DNA of 64,000 nt from Acidimicrobiia bacterium (GCA_036502405.1 DASXYP010000049.1:44596-108595); one strand, 5' to 3'. Counted from the stretch's first letter, positions 44,725 to 54,528 are shown. Program-made: numbers and translations. The notes: generated by a model not told the origin, from the sequence alone.

Positions 44725-45399
44725 ATGGCCACTGGTCGCGCCGGCGTCCTCGTCGACTGTGACGGGACGCTCCTCGACACGAACTACCTCCATACGCTCG
44801 CGTGGTCTCGCGCGCTGCGCGAGGTCGGCGCGTGGGCGCCGATGAACGCGATTCATCGGTTGATCGGCATGGGTGGCGACCAATTGGTTCCGGAGCTGAT
44901 CGGCCACCCTCTGGAAGGCGTGAACGAAGCCCACGATCGTCGCTACGCGGAGCTGAAATCCGAGATACGTCCGTTCCCAGGAGCGGGCAGGCTCCTTCGC
45001 CGCATCCATGAGGCCGGACTCATCGTCGTGCTTGCGAGCTCGGCGTCCGAAGACGACCTCGAGGACATGCGCAAAGCCCTCGATGCCGACGACGCGATCG
45101 ACGCGGCGATCAATGCCGACGATGTCGAACGGTCGAAACCTGACCCCGCGATCTTCTTGACTGCACGCGAGAAGGGCGACATCGACCCGGCATTGACGCT
45201 CGCGATCGGAGACACCGTCTGGGACGTACGGGCGGCCACTGCCGCGGGCATGGGCTGCGTGTGCGTCGAGAGCGGCGGCTCGAGTCGACACGAGCTGACG
45301 GAAGCGGGCGCGCTCGCGGTGTACCGCGACGTCGAAGAGCTCGGCGACCAGCTCACCACAAGTCCCGTCGGAGTGCTCGCCGCTCACCGCGTCCGCTGA
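44725..45399 (+). CDS. HAD-superfamily hydrolase (subfamily IA)
   Basis: 224 aa. Motif I 'VLVDCDGTLLDT', motif II 'VVLASSA', and motifs III/IV 'K...GDTVWDVRAA'. Confidence 0.9.
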   Translation: MATGRAGVLVDCDGTLLDTNYLHTLAWSRALREVGAWAPMNAIHRLIGMGGDQLVPELIGHPLEGVNEAHDRRYAELKSEIRPFPGAGRLLRRIHEAGLIVVLASSASEDDLEDMRKALDADDAIDAAINADDVERSKPDPAIFLTAREKGDIDPALTLAIGDTVWDVRAATAAGMGCVCVESGGSSRHELTEAGALAVYRDVEELGDQLTTSPVGVLAAHRVR

Positions 45400-45412
45400 C
45401 CAGTACCGCGGA

Positions 45413-46483
45413 TCACCGTTTCGAGGTCCCCGGCCTCGAGCCGATCGATGTGGATCGATCCACCCGGACCTTCTCGTTCGAGTAATGCCGGTCGAGCTCG
45501 TTGGCGTAGCGGATGCCGAGCACGCTGGCGTTTGCCGCAAGCCAATCCGAGAGCGCCGTGGAACCCGTGGCGGGACCGTCCGTGTCGGCGAGGCCGGCAG
45601 CCATCGCCCGGTACTCGTCGCGGGTGAGCAGCACATCGTGAAGCGCGACCCCCAGGAGCCGTGCGAAGAGCGGAACCGTCGCCCCGGGCACGTGAACGAT
45701 GCGTGCACGACTTCCGACGAGGTCTCGGATGGCCGTGACCAGCTCCAAGAACGTTGGCCGCTCAGGTCCGACCGCGTCGCTCACGCTGTCACCGCGTTCG
45801 GCACCTTTCTCGACGCAGAGGCGGGCCAGGTCGTCCACGTGGATGCCCCGCACCCGGTAATCGCCGCGCCCGCCGACCGCGAACACCGGGAGACGGCGCA
45901 TCAGCCAGGCGATGTTGTTGAGCAGCACGCCATCCCCGCCGAAGAGGATGGCCGGCCGCAGGATGGCGTACGGCACCTCGCCTTCCACGAGGAATCGCTC
46001 GACGAGAGCCTTGCCCCGGAAGTACGGAAACGGCGAGTCGGCGCTGGGGTGGGTGATGCTGACGTGCACGATCCGCCGGACCCCCGCCTCCCGGGCCGCG
46101 CGAAAGAGGATTCGAGAATTCTCGACCGCTTGGTCGTGGTTGGTGAGGTCGTGAGCGAAGCGCACCCAATACGTGTTGTACAGCGTGGTCGTCCCTTGGA
46201 GGGCCGAGACGAGCCCGGCACGATCATCGAAGTTGAACGGCCGAACGTCGATCGGCGAACCGCGCCCCCGCCGCTCGGGGTGTCCGGTCACGGTGCGCAC
46301 GTGCCGTCCCGACGCGATCAGCGCCGCGGCGATGGCGCTCCCCGAATAGCTGAACGCTCCAGTGACGAGATCGAGGCCGGTGTCGGTGATCTCTCCGTTC
46401 CTGGGACGGTCGTGCCGGTCGGACGCCGCGCTCACGCCGCGTCCCGAAGGTGCATCACCTGTGGATCCGAGAGGACGTGACAT
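45413..46483 (-). CDS. NAD(P)-binding epimerase/dehydratase (atypical SDR, NmrA/complex-I 39 kDa-like)
   Basis: 356 aa. Rossmann 'LVTGAFSYSGSAIAAAL' and 'YFRGKALVE'. Start is uncertain: ATG 46483 overlaps the upstream gene by 29 nt, and GTG 46435 is the alternative. Confidence 0.8.
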   Translation of the reverse strand: MSRPLGSTGDAPSGRGVSAASDRHDRPRNGEITDTGLDLVTGAFSYSGSAIAAALIASGRHVRTVTGHPERRGRGSPIDVRPFNFDDRAGLVSALQGTTTLYNTYWVRFAHDLTNHDQAVENSRILFRAAREAGVRRIVHVSITHPSADSPFPYFRGKALVERFLVEGEVPYAILRPAILFGGDGVLLNNIAWLMRRLPVFAVGGRGDYRVRGIHVDDLARLCVEKGAERGDSVSDAVGPERPTFLELVTAIRDLVGSRARIVHVPGATVPLFARLLGVALHDVLLTRDEYRAMAAGLADTDGPATGSTALSDWLAANASVLGIRYANELDRHYSNEKVRVDRSTSIGSRPGTSKR

Positions 46484-47738
46484 GCGTTCCGATCCAATGC
46501 CGATCCGCGCTTCGAGCAGTCAGCATGCGCCCCAGACCGGCCGCGGCCGTCGCGGCACCGGTTGCGATGCCGGGCTGCGCACCGTCGAGAAGGTCGTTCC
46601 ACATGATCGACCAACCGCCGGCCAGGAGGCGCCCGACGCCAGGTGAGGTCAGCCCGCGGGTGAGCGCGGCCACGAGCTTCGGCCTGCGCAGGAGCGATCG
46701 GTGGACGGGCGCCGTCGTCGACAGGTACGGCCCGTACGTGCACGCCACGTGCGCGTGGTACCGATCGGCCGCTTGGCCGATGCCGCCCAGGATTGCTTCG
46801 GCGGCGGCGCGGCCGCTGTCCATTGCTTGCGCGATGCCTTCGCCCTGCAGCGGATTCACCAAGCCCGAGGCGTCACCGACAAGGAGGACGCGATCCCGCG
46901 CTGGGGTCGTACCCACGAGTCCCATCTTGAGCCATGCACCGAGAGGCGGCGCCGGCGGTCGCGCGACCGCTCGGCCGCCGAGAACACCGACGTGCGCCGC
47001 GTGTTCCAGGAACGCGTCGAGGTCGTGTGCGGCGCGTCGGCCTGCGGTGCGATCAGCGAGCACCCCGACCCCGAGTCCGACGTTCACCCGCCCCGCACCT
47101 GCGGGAAACACCCATCCGTATCCTGGGAACGCGGTCCCCGCAACTGGCGTCCACAACATGATGTGTGGCTCGTTGACCGCCACGTCGAGATAGGTGCGAA
47201 CTGCGAACCCCCAGAGCACCCGACCCGGATCCACAAGACCCGCGACTGCAGCGACCCGACTGGTCGCACCATCGGCGCCGACGACCGCGTCGGCACGCAC
47301 GCGGGTCTTCGACGACAGCGAGAAGCCGCCGAGTCGACCGTCGTCGTCGATGGGGTCGTCGGCGCGCCCCTCGAAGAACTCGGCACCCGCCGAGACCGCG
47401 GCCAGCCGCAGCATCGCGTCGAACTGCGATCGCTGCACGACGATCCCGTAGCCGGGATAGGTACGCCCGGGCGCCCCGGGCAGTCGCACGCGATTGCCCG
47501 TCGGTCCGACGACGATCATGTCGCTGACTCGCGTGGCGTGCGGAACGTCGAGCATCAGATCGTGGAGGAGCTGCACACCCCGAGGCCCGATCAGGTCTCC
47601 GCAGGCCTTGTCACGCGGGAACGCGGCCTTGTCGACCAGCGCCACCCGCGCGCCCGCCCGCGCCAGGACCAGGGCGGCGATGCTCCCCGCCGGGCCCGAA
47701 CCGACGACGATCACGTCGAACGACGTCTCGATCATCAC
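46455..47738 (-). CDS. FAD-dependent geranylgeranyl reductase family oxidoreductase (MenJ-like)
   Basis: 427 aa. 'FDVIVVGSGPAGSIAALVLARAGARVALVDK', 'PRDKACGD' and 'LLVGDASGLVNPLQGEGI'. Confidence 0.9.
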   Translation of the reverse strand: MMIETSFDVIVVGSGPAGSIAALVLARAGARVALVDKAAFPRDKACGDLIGPRGVQLLHDLMLDVPHATRVSDMIVVGPTGNRVRLPGAPGRTYPGYGIVVQRSQFDAMLRLAAVSAGAEFFEGRADDPIDDDGRLGGFSLSSKTRVRADAVVGADGATSRVAAVAGLVDPGRVLWGFAVRTYLDVAVNEPHIMLWTPVAGTAFPGYGWVFPAGAGRVNVGLGVGVLADRTAGRRAAHDLDAFLEHAAHVGVLGGRAVARPPAPPLGAWLKMGLVGTTPARDRVLLVGDASGLVNPLQGEGIAQAMDSGRAAAEAILGGIGQAADRYHAHVACTYGPYLSTTAPVHRSLLRRPKLVAALTRGLTSPGVGRLLAGGWSIMWNDLLDGAQPGIATGAATAAAGLGRMLTARSADRHWIGTHVTSSRIHR

Positions 47739-47788
47739 TCTTTCCTCATCCGAACCCGAACTGTACGGTCAGGATTCGAGGAGGATCC

Positions 47789-48520
47789 GTGCCGAGAACC
47801 CTTGCCGATCCGAACCGCTTCGCCCAGGACCTGTTCCGGCCGCTCCCGCGTCGCTACGACGTGCTCGAAGAGCTGCTCTCCTTCGGACAGAACGGACGTT
47901 GGCGGCGCGAGATGGTCGCCCACGTCGAGGACGGCGGTCCGAGCACCATCCTCGACGTCGCCACGGGGACCGCCGGTGTGGCGCTCGCGCTCACCCGCCG
48001 TACCGACGCCCACATCACCGGCATCGACATCACCGAGGCGATGCTGCGCCAGGGCCACGAGCGGGTCGAGCACGCCGGAGCGGCAGGCCGCGTCCGGCTC
48101 GCCGTCGGACAAGCCGAACGGCTCCCCTTCCCCGACGGCTCGTTCGACGCGCTGACGTTCACCTATCTGTTGCGCTACGTGGCTGATCCCGCCGCGACGC
48201 TGCGCGAGCTCGCTCGGGTCCTCAAACCTGGCGCGACGATCGCCAGCCTGGAGTTCTCGGTCCCTCCGAGCCGGTTCTGGCGATTCTGGTGGTGGCTGTA
48301 CACGCGGGGCGTGCTGCCCGTTGCGGGCTACCTGACCGGCGGTCGTGAGTGGAGCCGGGTAGGACGCTTTCTCGGGCCCAACATCTCGGCGCACTACGAC
48401 CGCTATCCCGTTGCCTGGACCATCCGAGCGTGGCAGGACGCAGGACTCGCGGACGTCGGCCTCCGGTCGATGAGCCGTGGTGGTGGACTGGTGATGTGGG
48501 CTCGGAAGCCCGAGCGCTGA
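47789..48520 (+). CDS. Class I SAM-dependent methyltransferase, UbiE/MenG (demethylmenaquinone methyltransferase) family
   Basis: 243 aa with a GTG start. 'RRYDVLEELLSFGQNGRWRREMV' is the UbiE N-terminal motif. SAM motif 'ILDVATGTAGVAL' and 'LKPGATIASLEFS'. Divergent from the geranylgeranyl reductase gene. Confidence 0.9.
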   Translation: MPRTLADPNRFAQDLFRPLPRRYDVLEELLSFGQNGRWRREMVAHVEDGGPSTILDVATGTAGVALALTRRTDAHITGIDITEAMLRQGHERVEHAGAAGRVRLAVGQAERLPFPDGSFDALTFTYLLRYVADPAATLRELARVLKPGATIASLEFSVPPSRFWRFWWWLYTRGVLPVAGYLTGGREWSRVGRFLGPNISAHYDRYPVAWTIRAWQDAGLADVGLRSMSRGGGLVMWARKPER

Positions 48521-48522
48521 GC

Positions 48523-49245
48523 ATGGCGCGGCCGGCGTACTACGCGGCGCGTCCCGGGGGCTGGCGCGACTGGTGGACACTGCTTCACGCGCCGTACACG
48601 TCGTGGCACCTCTCGTACGTCGTCATCGGCGCGACCCTCGCACCGCACACCGACGGCGTACGCCTCGTCGGGACACTGCTCGCGTTCTTCTTCGCCGTAG
48701 GCGTCGCGGCCCACGCACTCGATGAGCTGCACGGCCGGCCGCTGCACACCACGATTCCGGCGGGATGGCTCGTCGCCCTCGGAGCCGGTGGTCTGCTGAT
48801 CGCGTGCGCGCTCGGCTTCGTCGGCGTCGCAAGGGTCGGGCCCGGGCTGCTCGTGTTCATCGCGATCGGTCCACTGCTCGTCTTGGGCTACAACCTCGAG
48901 CTGTTCGGCGGCTGGATGCACACCGACCTCGGGTTCGCTGCCGCATGGGGGGCATTCCCGGTGCTCGTCGCCTACTTCGTGCAGGCCGAGCGGCTCGACC
49001 TCACGGCCGTGCTGGCAGCTACCGCAGCTCTGGGTCTCTCGCTCGCGCAGCGGTGGTTGAGCACACCGGCCCGGGTTCTGCGCCGCCGGGTGGCGCGCCT
49101 CGAAGGCCGCGTCACGTTGCACGACGGAAGCGTGCACGAGCTCGACGCGCCGACGCTCCTCAGGCCGCTCGAACGTGCGCTGAGCTCGATGTCGTGGGCG
49201 ATGCTCGCGCTCGCGCTCGCGCTCGTGATCGATCGGGTTCTCTGA
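48523..49245 (+). CDS. Integral membrane protein, function unknown (co-transcribed with UbiE-like gene)
   Basis: Tail of ORF 48349..49245 from ATG 48523, 2 nt after the upstream stop. About 6-7 TM helices. 'AAHALDELHGRP' is polar within helix 2. Family not recognised. Confidence 0.75.
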   Translation: MARPAYYAARPGGWRDWWTLLHAPYTSWHLSYVVIGATLAPHTDGVRLVGTLLAFFFAVGVAAHALDELHGRPLHTTIPAGWLVALGAGGLLIACALGFVGVARVGPGLLVFIAIGPLLVLGYNLELFGGWMHTDLGFAAAWGAFPVLVAYFVQAERLDLTAVLAATAALGLSLAQRWLSTPARVLRRRVARLEGRVTLHDGSVHELDAPTLLRPLERALSSMSWAMLALALALVIDRVL

Positions 49246-49407
49246 GGGCTGGTCCTGCTTCGCCCACGGACTTGTCCGCGAAACCGGCTTGCTCGTACCT
49301 CGAGTCGGCATCAGTGCCCGTCACGGTGTCGCGGATCGACCCGCGCGGACGTGGAAGACGAGGGCGAGCTTCGCTGGTCTGATGCGCGTCGACGTCGTCG
49401 AACACCG

Positions 49408-49821
49408 TCAACCGACCCGCTGCTTGACCTGTTCGATGCGCGCCGCGAGCCCATCGAGCTGCTCGGGAGTCGCCTTCTTCGCCAGTCTCGGGAGCAGGTT
49501 GCGCTCCTCGTCGGCGACATGGTCCGTGACCGCGGCTCGCAGCGCCGCGATGGCGTCGGTCAGCGGCGCGCCTTCCAGTGCCGACAGGTGCTCGATCAGC
49601 TTCTTGACCTTGGAGTGCGCCCGAGCCGAACGCGCGATCAGCTTTTCGTCGCCGAGCACCACGCCCACCAACGGATAGAGCGCCGCGTGCTCCGCGTCGT
49701 CGTGCGCGGTGAGCGCATCGACGATCTGGCCGATCACCGTGGCGTCGGCAGTTGCTTCGAACCCGTCGAACAGGTCGTTGACCCGCTCGTGGTCCGCCAG
49801 GATCAGCTCGATGCCGTTCAT
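49408..49821 (-). CDS. Hemerythrin HHE cation-binding domain protein
   Basis: 137 aa. 'LILADHERVNDLF', 'HDDAEHAALYP', 'H..V..L' and 'VTDHVADEERNLLP' show the spacing of the His/Glu ligands of hemerythrin-like domains. ATGA overlap with the katE stop. Confidence 0.85.
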   Translation of the reverse strand: MNGIELILADHERVNDLFDGFEATADATVIGQIVDALTAHDDAEHAALYPLVGVVLGDEKLIARSARAHSKVKKLIEHLSALEGAPLTDAIAALRAAVTDHVADEERNLLPRLAKKATPEQLDGLAARIEQVKQRVG

Positions 49822-52040
49822 GCCAGGTCTCCGGTGAGTAGGCGGGTGGGATGCGTGGCGACGCGCTCCCAGTGACGATGCTTCGCGAGCTCGGAGAGGA
49901 ACTCCGCGGCGAAGGCGTCGGTGCTGCGCTCGGAAGCGACGACGCCGGCCTCCTCGACGCCCGCGCCGGCCCGGTTGAGCAGCTCGACACCATCACCCCA
50001 GGCGGCCAAGGTCTTGTGGTGGCGGTACGCCGACTCGATGTAGCTCCGCGCGACCGGGTCGTCGGCGAGCGCCGCACCGTCGGCCACGACGATCGCGTCG
50101 GCCTCGGCCGACGATGCGGTGTGGAACGACCGGTCGACGGTGAGCTCATCGGGACCGTCGTGCCCAACCCCGCGAGGACCGGCGATCGCTCCCTTGTGGG
50201 TCGCGATCACGTGCGGCGCCGCGCCCGAAGCGACGACCGCTTCGCGCAAGCTGTCGATGCCGGCGAGGTCGGCACCGTCGTTGGCCAAGATGTGGACCAC
50301 CCGTCCGTCGACCGGGAAGACCTCGTCGGTGATCATCGACAAGCTCGGCGACTCCTCGGTCGCTTCGGCCGACTCGCCGCCCACCTCCACCAGGATGCCA
50401 AGGCCGACGCCGACCCGTTGCGCCAGATCGCCGTCGATCAGGGTCAGCCGTTCCAGCATCCGTTCGACGACCGGCGCGACGTCGCACTTTCCGAGCTCGA
50501 AGGTGAACGCGTCGACGATGTGGTCCTGCTCGACCTCGGTCATGCTGTGCCAGAACATCGTGGCCTGCGCGTATTCGTCATCGGGCCCCCGCTCTCTCAC
50601 CTTGACGCCGTCCACCGGTCGCGGCACGTGGATGTACCCGCGGTCCTCGTCCCCGGCGAGGAACGGGCAGCCACCCCCGATCGCGTTCGGGAGGTACGGC
50701 GACCGGCCGGCAGGCACGGCCTGCTGGTGGAACCCGTCGCGGTGGTTGTCGTTGACCGGGCTGTGGGGACGGTTGATCGGGATCTGCGAGAAGTTCGGGC
50801 CGCCCAATCGGGTGAGCTGGGTGTCGAGGTAGCTGAACAGGCGCGCCTGCAGCAGCGGGTCGTCGGTCACGTCGATGCCCCGCACCACGTGGCCGGCGTG
50901 GAACGCGACCTGCTCGGTCTCCGCGAAGAAGTTCGTCGGGTTGCGGTTGAGGGTCAGCCGGCCGATCGTCTGGACCGGCGCCAGCTCCTCGGGAACGAGC
51001 TTCGTCGCATCGAGGAGGTCGATGCCCTCGAAGTACTGGTCATCGGTGTCGGGAAGGACTTGGATCCCGAGCTCCCACTCGGGAAACGCGCCGGCGCCGA
51101 TCGCGTTGTAGAGGTCGCGTCGGTGGAAGTCGGGATCTACTCCCGAGAGGGTGAGCGCTTCGTCCCAGACCAGGCCATGCACCCCGAGCACCGGCTTCCA
51201 GTGGAACTTCACCAATGCCGTCTCACCATCGGCGTTGACCAAGCGGAACGTGTGAACTCCGAAACCTTCCATCATCCGGTACGAGCGTGGGATCGCCCGG
51301 TCGGACATCACCCACATGAGCATGTGCGGCGACTCGGGAATCATCGAGACGAAGTCCCAGAAGGTCGAATGCGCGGTTTGCGCCTGTGGGATCTCGCGAT
51401 CGGGCTCGGGTTTCGCCGCGTGGATCAGGTCGGGGAACTTGATGCCGTCCCGGATGAAGAACACCGGGATGTTGTTGCCCACGAGATCGAAGACTCCGTC
51501 GTCCGTGTAGAACTTCACCGCGAAGCCGCGGACATCGCGGACGGTGTCGGCGGAGCCTCGCGACCCGACGACGGTGGAGAACCGGGTGAAGACCGGCGTC
51601 ACGCGACCGGCTTGGAGGAAGTCCGCGCACGTGATGTCGCCCACGTTGCCGTACGCCTCGAAGACTCCGTGCACACCCACGCCACGGGCGTGAACGACGC
51701 GCTCGGGGATGCGCTCGTGATCGAAGTGCATGACCTTCTCGCGCAGGTGGAAGTCCTCGAGCAGGCTCGGCCCTCTCGGTCCCGCCTTGAGGGAGTCATC
51801 GGTGTGTTCGAGCCGCACGCCCTGCGCGGTCGTCAAGAAGTCGCTGTCCTGCGCCGGGACCTTGCTGACTCTCGGCGCCAGGATCGGTTGAGCGTCGAGG
51901 GTGCCGACCAGCCGCCCTCGTGCGCCCTGCTGTGGGCGCGCCCGGGTCTCTGAGCTCGCGGACTTCTTGGCTGCCTTCTTGGCGGCCTTCTTGACGGGGC
52001 GTGCCGTCGACTTCTTCGGGGCGTCGTGTCGTGCGGCCAT
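49818..52040 (-). CDS. katE: Large-subunit monofunctional catalase (HPII-type, with C-terminal flavodoxin/DJ-1-like domain)
   Basis: Part of ORF 49818..52280. ATG 52040 is preceded by GGAGG. 'GPRGPSLLEDFHLREKVMHFDHERIPERVVHARG', 'FSTVVGSRGSADTVRDVRGFAVKFYT', 'RLFSYLDTQLTRLGGPNF' and a ~150-aa extra C-terminal domain; 740 aa. Confidence 0.95.
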   Translation of the reverse strand: MAARHDAPKKSTARPVKKAAKKAAKKSASSETRARPQQGARGRLVGTLDAQPILAPRVSKVPAQDSDFLTTAQGVRLEHTDDSLKAGPRGPSLLEDFHLREKVMHFDHERIPERVVHARGVGVHGVFEAYGNVGDITCADFLQAGRVTPVFTRFSTVVGSRGSADTVRDVRGFAVKFYTDDGVFDLVGNNIPVFFIRDGIKFPDLIHAAKPEPDREIPQAQTAHSTFWDFVSMIPESPHMLMWVMSDRAIPRSYRMMEGFGVHTFRLVNADGETALVKFHWKPVLGVHGLVWDEALTLSGVDPDFHRRDLYNAIGAGAFPEWELGIQVLPDTDDQYFEGIDLLDATKLVPEELAPVQTIGRLTLNRNPTNFFAETEQVAFHAGHVVRGIDVTDDPLLQARLFSYLDTQLTRLGGPNFSQIPINRPHSPVNDNHRDGFHQQAVPAGRSPYLPNAIGGGCPFLAGDEDRGYIHVPRPVDGVKVRERGPDDEYAQATMFWHSMTEVEQDHIVDAFTFELGKCDVAPVVERMLERLTLIDGDLAQRVGVGLGILVEVGGESAEATEESPSLSMITDEVFPVDGRVVHILANDGADLAGIDSLREAVVASGAAPHVIATHKGAIAGPRGVGHDGPDELTVDRSFHTASSAEADAIVVADGAALADDPVARSYIESAYRHHKTLAAWGDGVELLNRAGAGVEEAGVVASERSTDAFAAEFLSELAKHRHWERVATHPTRLLTGDLA

Positions 52041-52282
52041 GCGGATGAACCTCCATGCTGGGGTCGAAAGCGGCTGAACCGAAGCGTTGCGTCGTCGCGA
52101 CTCGGAGCGAGGGATCACGTGGTCGACCCGGACGAGGGATACGCCGACCGGAGCGACTCCGTCGAACGAGGACGATGAGCTCGTCGTCGTTGGAGACGGA
52201 AGCGCGTGCCGGTTCATCGCCAGGTCGGCTTGTAGCCATGCCGGCGCGCTCCTAATCACCCCCGACCGGGGGGAGTTCACGC

Positions 52283-52711
52283 ATGAGGCAGGCCGAGCGG
52301 TCCGGGCAATCTCTGGTGCGGTTCACGGCGGACGACCTTCACTCCCTGGGCGCCGTGAGACCAGCGGGCCCCGGCCCGAGACCCGAAGGCGCGGAGCGGG
52401 CGCGGGAGCTCATGCGAGCGCCAGAGCGCCGCGGTTTCCCGACTGCGCACGCGGGGTACGGCGGCGCCATGACGGACAAGCCGACCGGCCCCACCGACCC
52501 CTTGTACGACTTGATCCTGCTCACCCAGCAGGCGCTGGAGGACCGCCTCCGGTATGAGCACTGCGCCGGCGACGCACGCGACGCGGGCGACGTGGAGCTC
52601 GCGGACTTCTTCGAGGAGCTCAGCGAGAACGACCGCGATGTCGCCGCGCGCGCGAGGAACATGTTGCGCGTTCGGCTGAACGATGAAAGCCGCGAGCACG
52701 CCCCTTCGTGA
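52283..52711 (+). CDS. Hypothetical small helical protein (conserved core is the last ~80 aa)
   Basis: ORF 52283..52711. ATG 52283 has GGGGGAG 7 nt upstream. The convincing coding part starts at ATG 52469 (MTDKPTGPTDPLYDLILLTQQALEDRLRYEHCAGDARDAGDVELADFFEELSENDRDVAARARNML). The start is therefore uncertain. Confidence 0.55.
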   Translation: MRQAERSGQSLVRFTADDLHSLGAVRPAGPGPRPEGAERARELMRAPERRGFPTAHAGYGGAMTDKPTGPTDPLYDLILLTQQALEDRLRYEHCAGDARDAGDVELADFFEELSENDRDVAARARNMLRVRLNDESREHAPS

Positions 52712-52744
52712 ACGCGCACCCATCACGAAACTGAGGAGGTTCCC

Positions 52745-53323
52745 ATGGCCGTATCCACGAAGCACGACAGCGCTGTCGACGTCATCGACGCGATCCTCGA
52801 GGACCACCGCCGGATCAAGGAGCTGATGAGCGAGGTAGACGCCGCACCGCCGGACGGGCGAGACGAACCCTTCCAGCGCCTCGTCGCGATGCTGGCGGTC
52901 CACGAGACGGCCGAAGAGGAGGTCGTGCATCCTCTCGCCCGCAAGGCCTCGGGCGGTGACGCGATCGTGGAAGCCCGCCTGGCCGAGGAGGCCAAGGGGA
53001 AGGAAGCGCTCGCCCGACTGGAGAAGACCGGACCGCAGAGGGCCGACTTCGACGAGCTGTTCGAGCAGCTGCGTGACGACGTGCTGGCGCACGCGGAGCA
53101 CGAGGAGACCGAAGAGCACCCGAAGCTGCGGGAGGCGACAGACGCGCAGCGCAGGCGCGACCTCACCCGCATCTTCCGGGCCGCCGAGTCGACCGCTCCG
53201 ACCCACGGGCACGCGCACGCGCCCGAGAGCGCGACGGGCAACATGCTCGTCGGGCCGTTCGTCGCCATCGCGGACCGGGCACGCGACGCGATTCGCAAGG
53301 CACGCGACGGCGGGGACGACTGA
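52745..53323 (+). CDS. Hemerythrin HHE cation-binding domain protein
   Basis: 192 aa, with GAGGAGG upstream. 'ILEDHRRIKELM', 'VHETAEEEVVHP' and 'HAEHEETEEHPKL'. The C-terminal tail is His-rich (THGHAHAPE). Confidence 0.85.
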   Translation: MAVSTKHDSAVDVIDAILEDHRRIKELMSEVDAAPPDGRDEPFQRLVAMLAVHETAEEEVVHPLARKASGGDAIVEARLAEEAKGKEALARLEKTGPQRADFDELFEQLRDDVLAHAEHEETEEHPKLREATDAQRRRDLTRIFRAAESTAPTHGHAHAPESATGNMLVGPFVAIADRARDAIRKARDGGDD

Positions 53324-53592
53324 GCCTCACGCACGGAGCGATGCCTGCCCGCGCGTCCCGACCGTGTCGACCGCCGGAACGGTCCCGCACGGGAGCCGAT
53401 CGACTGGGTGCGGCGGGGTCACGTCGCCGGGTAGTGCGGAGGAGAACGCACGCGACAAGGAGGCCTGCCAGTCGCGACCGGCTGCACGGGGCCGTCTCCT
53501 TCGGCTTCGCGCGGGGAAAGCACTCGACGGGGAAGGTCCCCCACACCCGCGCGCCGGCCCGGCAGCTACGTGCGCGCCCCTTCATTCCGCGC

Positions 53593-53623
53593 GCGGTCGC
53601 GCAGGACGCGCCGTGGCGACCGC
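53593..53623 (-). terminator. GC hairpin abutting the SDR stop codon
   Basis: GCGGTCGC (53593-600) / GCGACCGC (53616-23), an 8-bp stem with a 15-nt loop, directly downstream of the minus-strand stop at 53624-26. Confidence 0.4.
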
Positions 53624-54430
53624 TCAGCCACCGTCCGCCGATCCGGGTTCGCTCATCGACGCGTGCAGCGTGGCGGCGACCTTCTCGGGGAGCAGCTTGG
53701 CCACGCCGGCCTGCAGCTTGTTCCGCGCGGAACCGGCGACCACGTGGTCCTTGCCGGCCATCAGTGCTTCGAACCCGTCGCGGGCGACGTCTCGGGGATC
53801 GTCCTTCTCGCTCTGGCCGAGCTTCGTGTCCTCCATCCCGGCGCGCTCGAAGAACCGCGTGTCGGTGGGCCCGGGCATCAGCGCCGTCACCGTCACGCCG
53901 GTTTCCTCGAGCTCGACCCTGATCGCCTCGGCGAACGAGAAGAGAAACGCCTTGGAAGCCGCGTAGGTGGACTCGTACGGACCGGGCATCGTGGCCGCGA
54001 TCGACGACGTCAGCAGGAGCCCGCCCTGACCGCGCCGGACCATGCCCGGGAGCAGGAGTCCCGCGAGGTGCACGGCCCCGGTGACGTTCAGCTCGATCAG
54101 CCGCAGGTGGTCGGCGAGCGGTGTCTCCACGAAGTGGCCCGAGACCCCGACACCGGCGTTGATGGCCAGGACGTCGACCGGGCGACCCGCCGCCTGGACC
54201 CGGCGCGCCAGCTCTTCGACGCCGTTCGGCGTGGCGAGGTCGACGCGTGCGGCCACCACCTCGGCCCCGCTCTCGGCCCCCAAGGTCCGCGCCGTCTCGT
54301 CGATCCCGGTTCCGGCGGACGCGACCACCAGGTCGAAGCCGTGCTCGGCGAACTGGCGCGCCAACTCGAATCCGATGCCGCTCGACGCACCCGTGACCAC
54401 TCCGAACGACCGCTGTGCGCGCTGATCCAT
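53624..54430 (-). CDS. Short-chain dehydrogenase/reductase (SDR)
   Basis: Part of ORF 53624..54586. ATG 54430 is preceded by AAGGATGGAG. 'VVTGASSGIGFELARQF', 'NAGVG' and the catalytic 'YAASKAF'. Confidence 0.9.
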   Translation of the reverse strand: MDQRAQRSFGVVTGASSGIGFELARQFAEHGFDLVVASAGTGIDETARTLGAESGAEVVAARVDLATPNGVEELARRVQAAGRPVDVLAINAGVGVSGHFVETPLADHLRLIELNVTGAVHLAGLLLPGMVRRGQGGLLLTSSIAATMPGPYESTYAASKAFLFSFAEAIRVELEETGVTVTALMPGPTDTRFFERAGMEDTKLGQSEKDDPRDVARDGFEALMAGKDHVVAGSARNKLQAGVAKLLPEKVAATLHASMSEPGSADGG

Positions 54431-54528
54431 GTCCGCTCCATCCTTCGGTGATGCCCGACCGCGGCGCTGTACCCGTGACGCGCGCAGGCAAACACCATCG
54501 CGTCCGACCTCGGACGCGTCGGTCGCCG

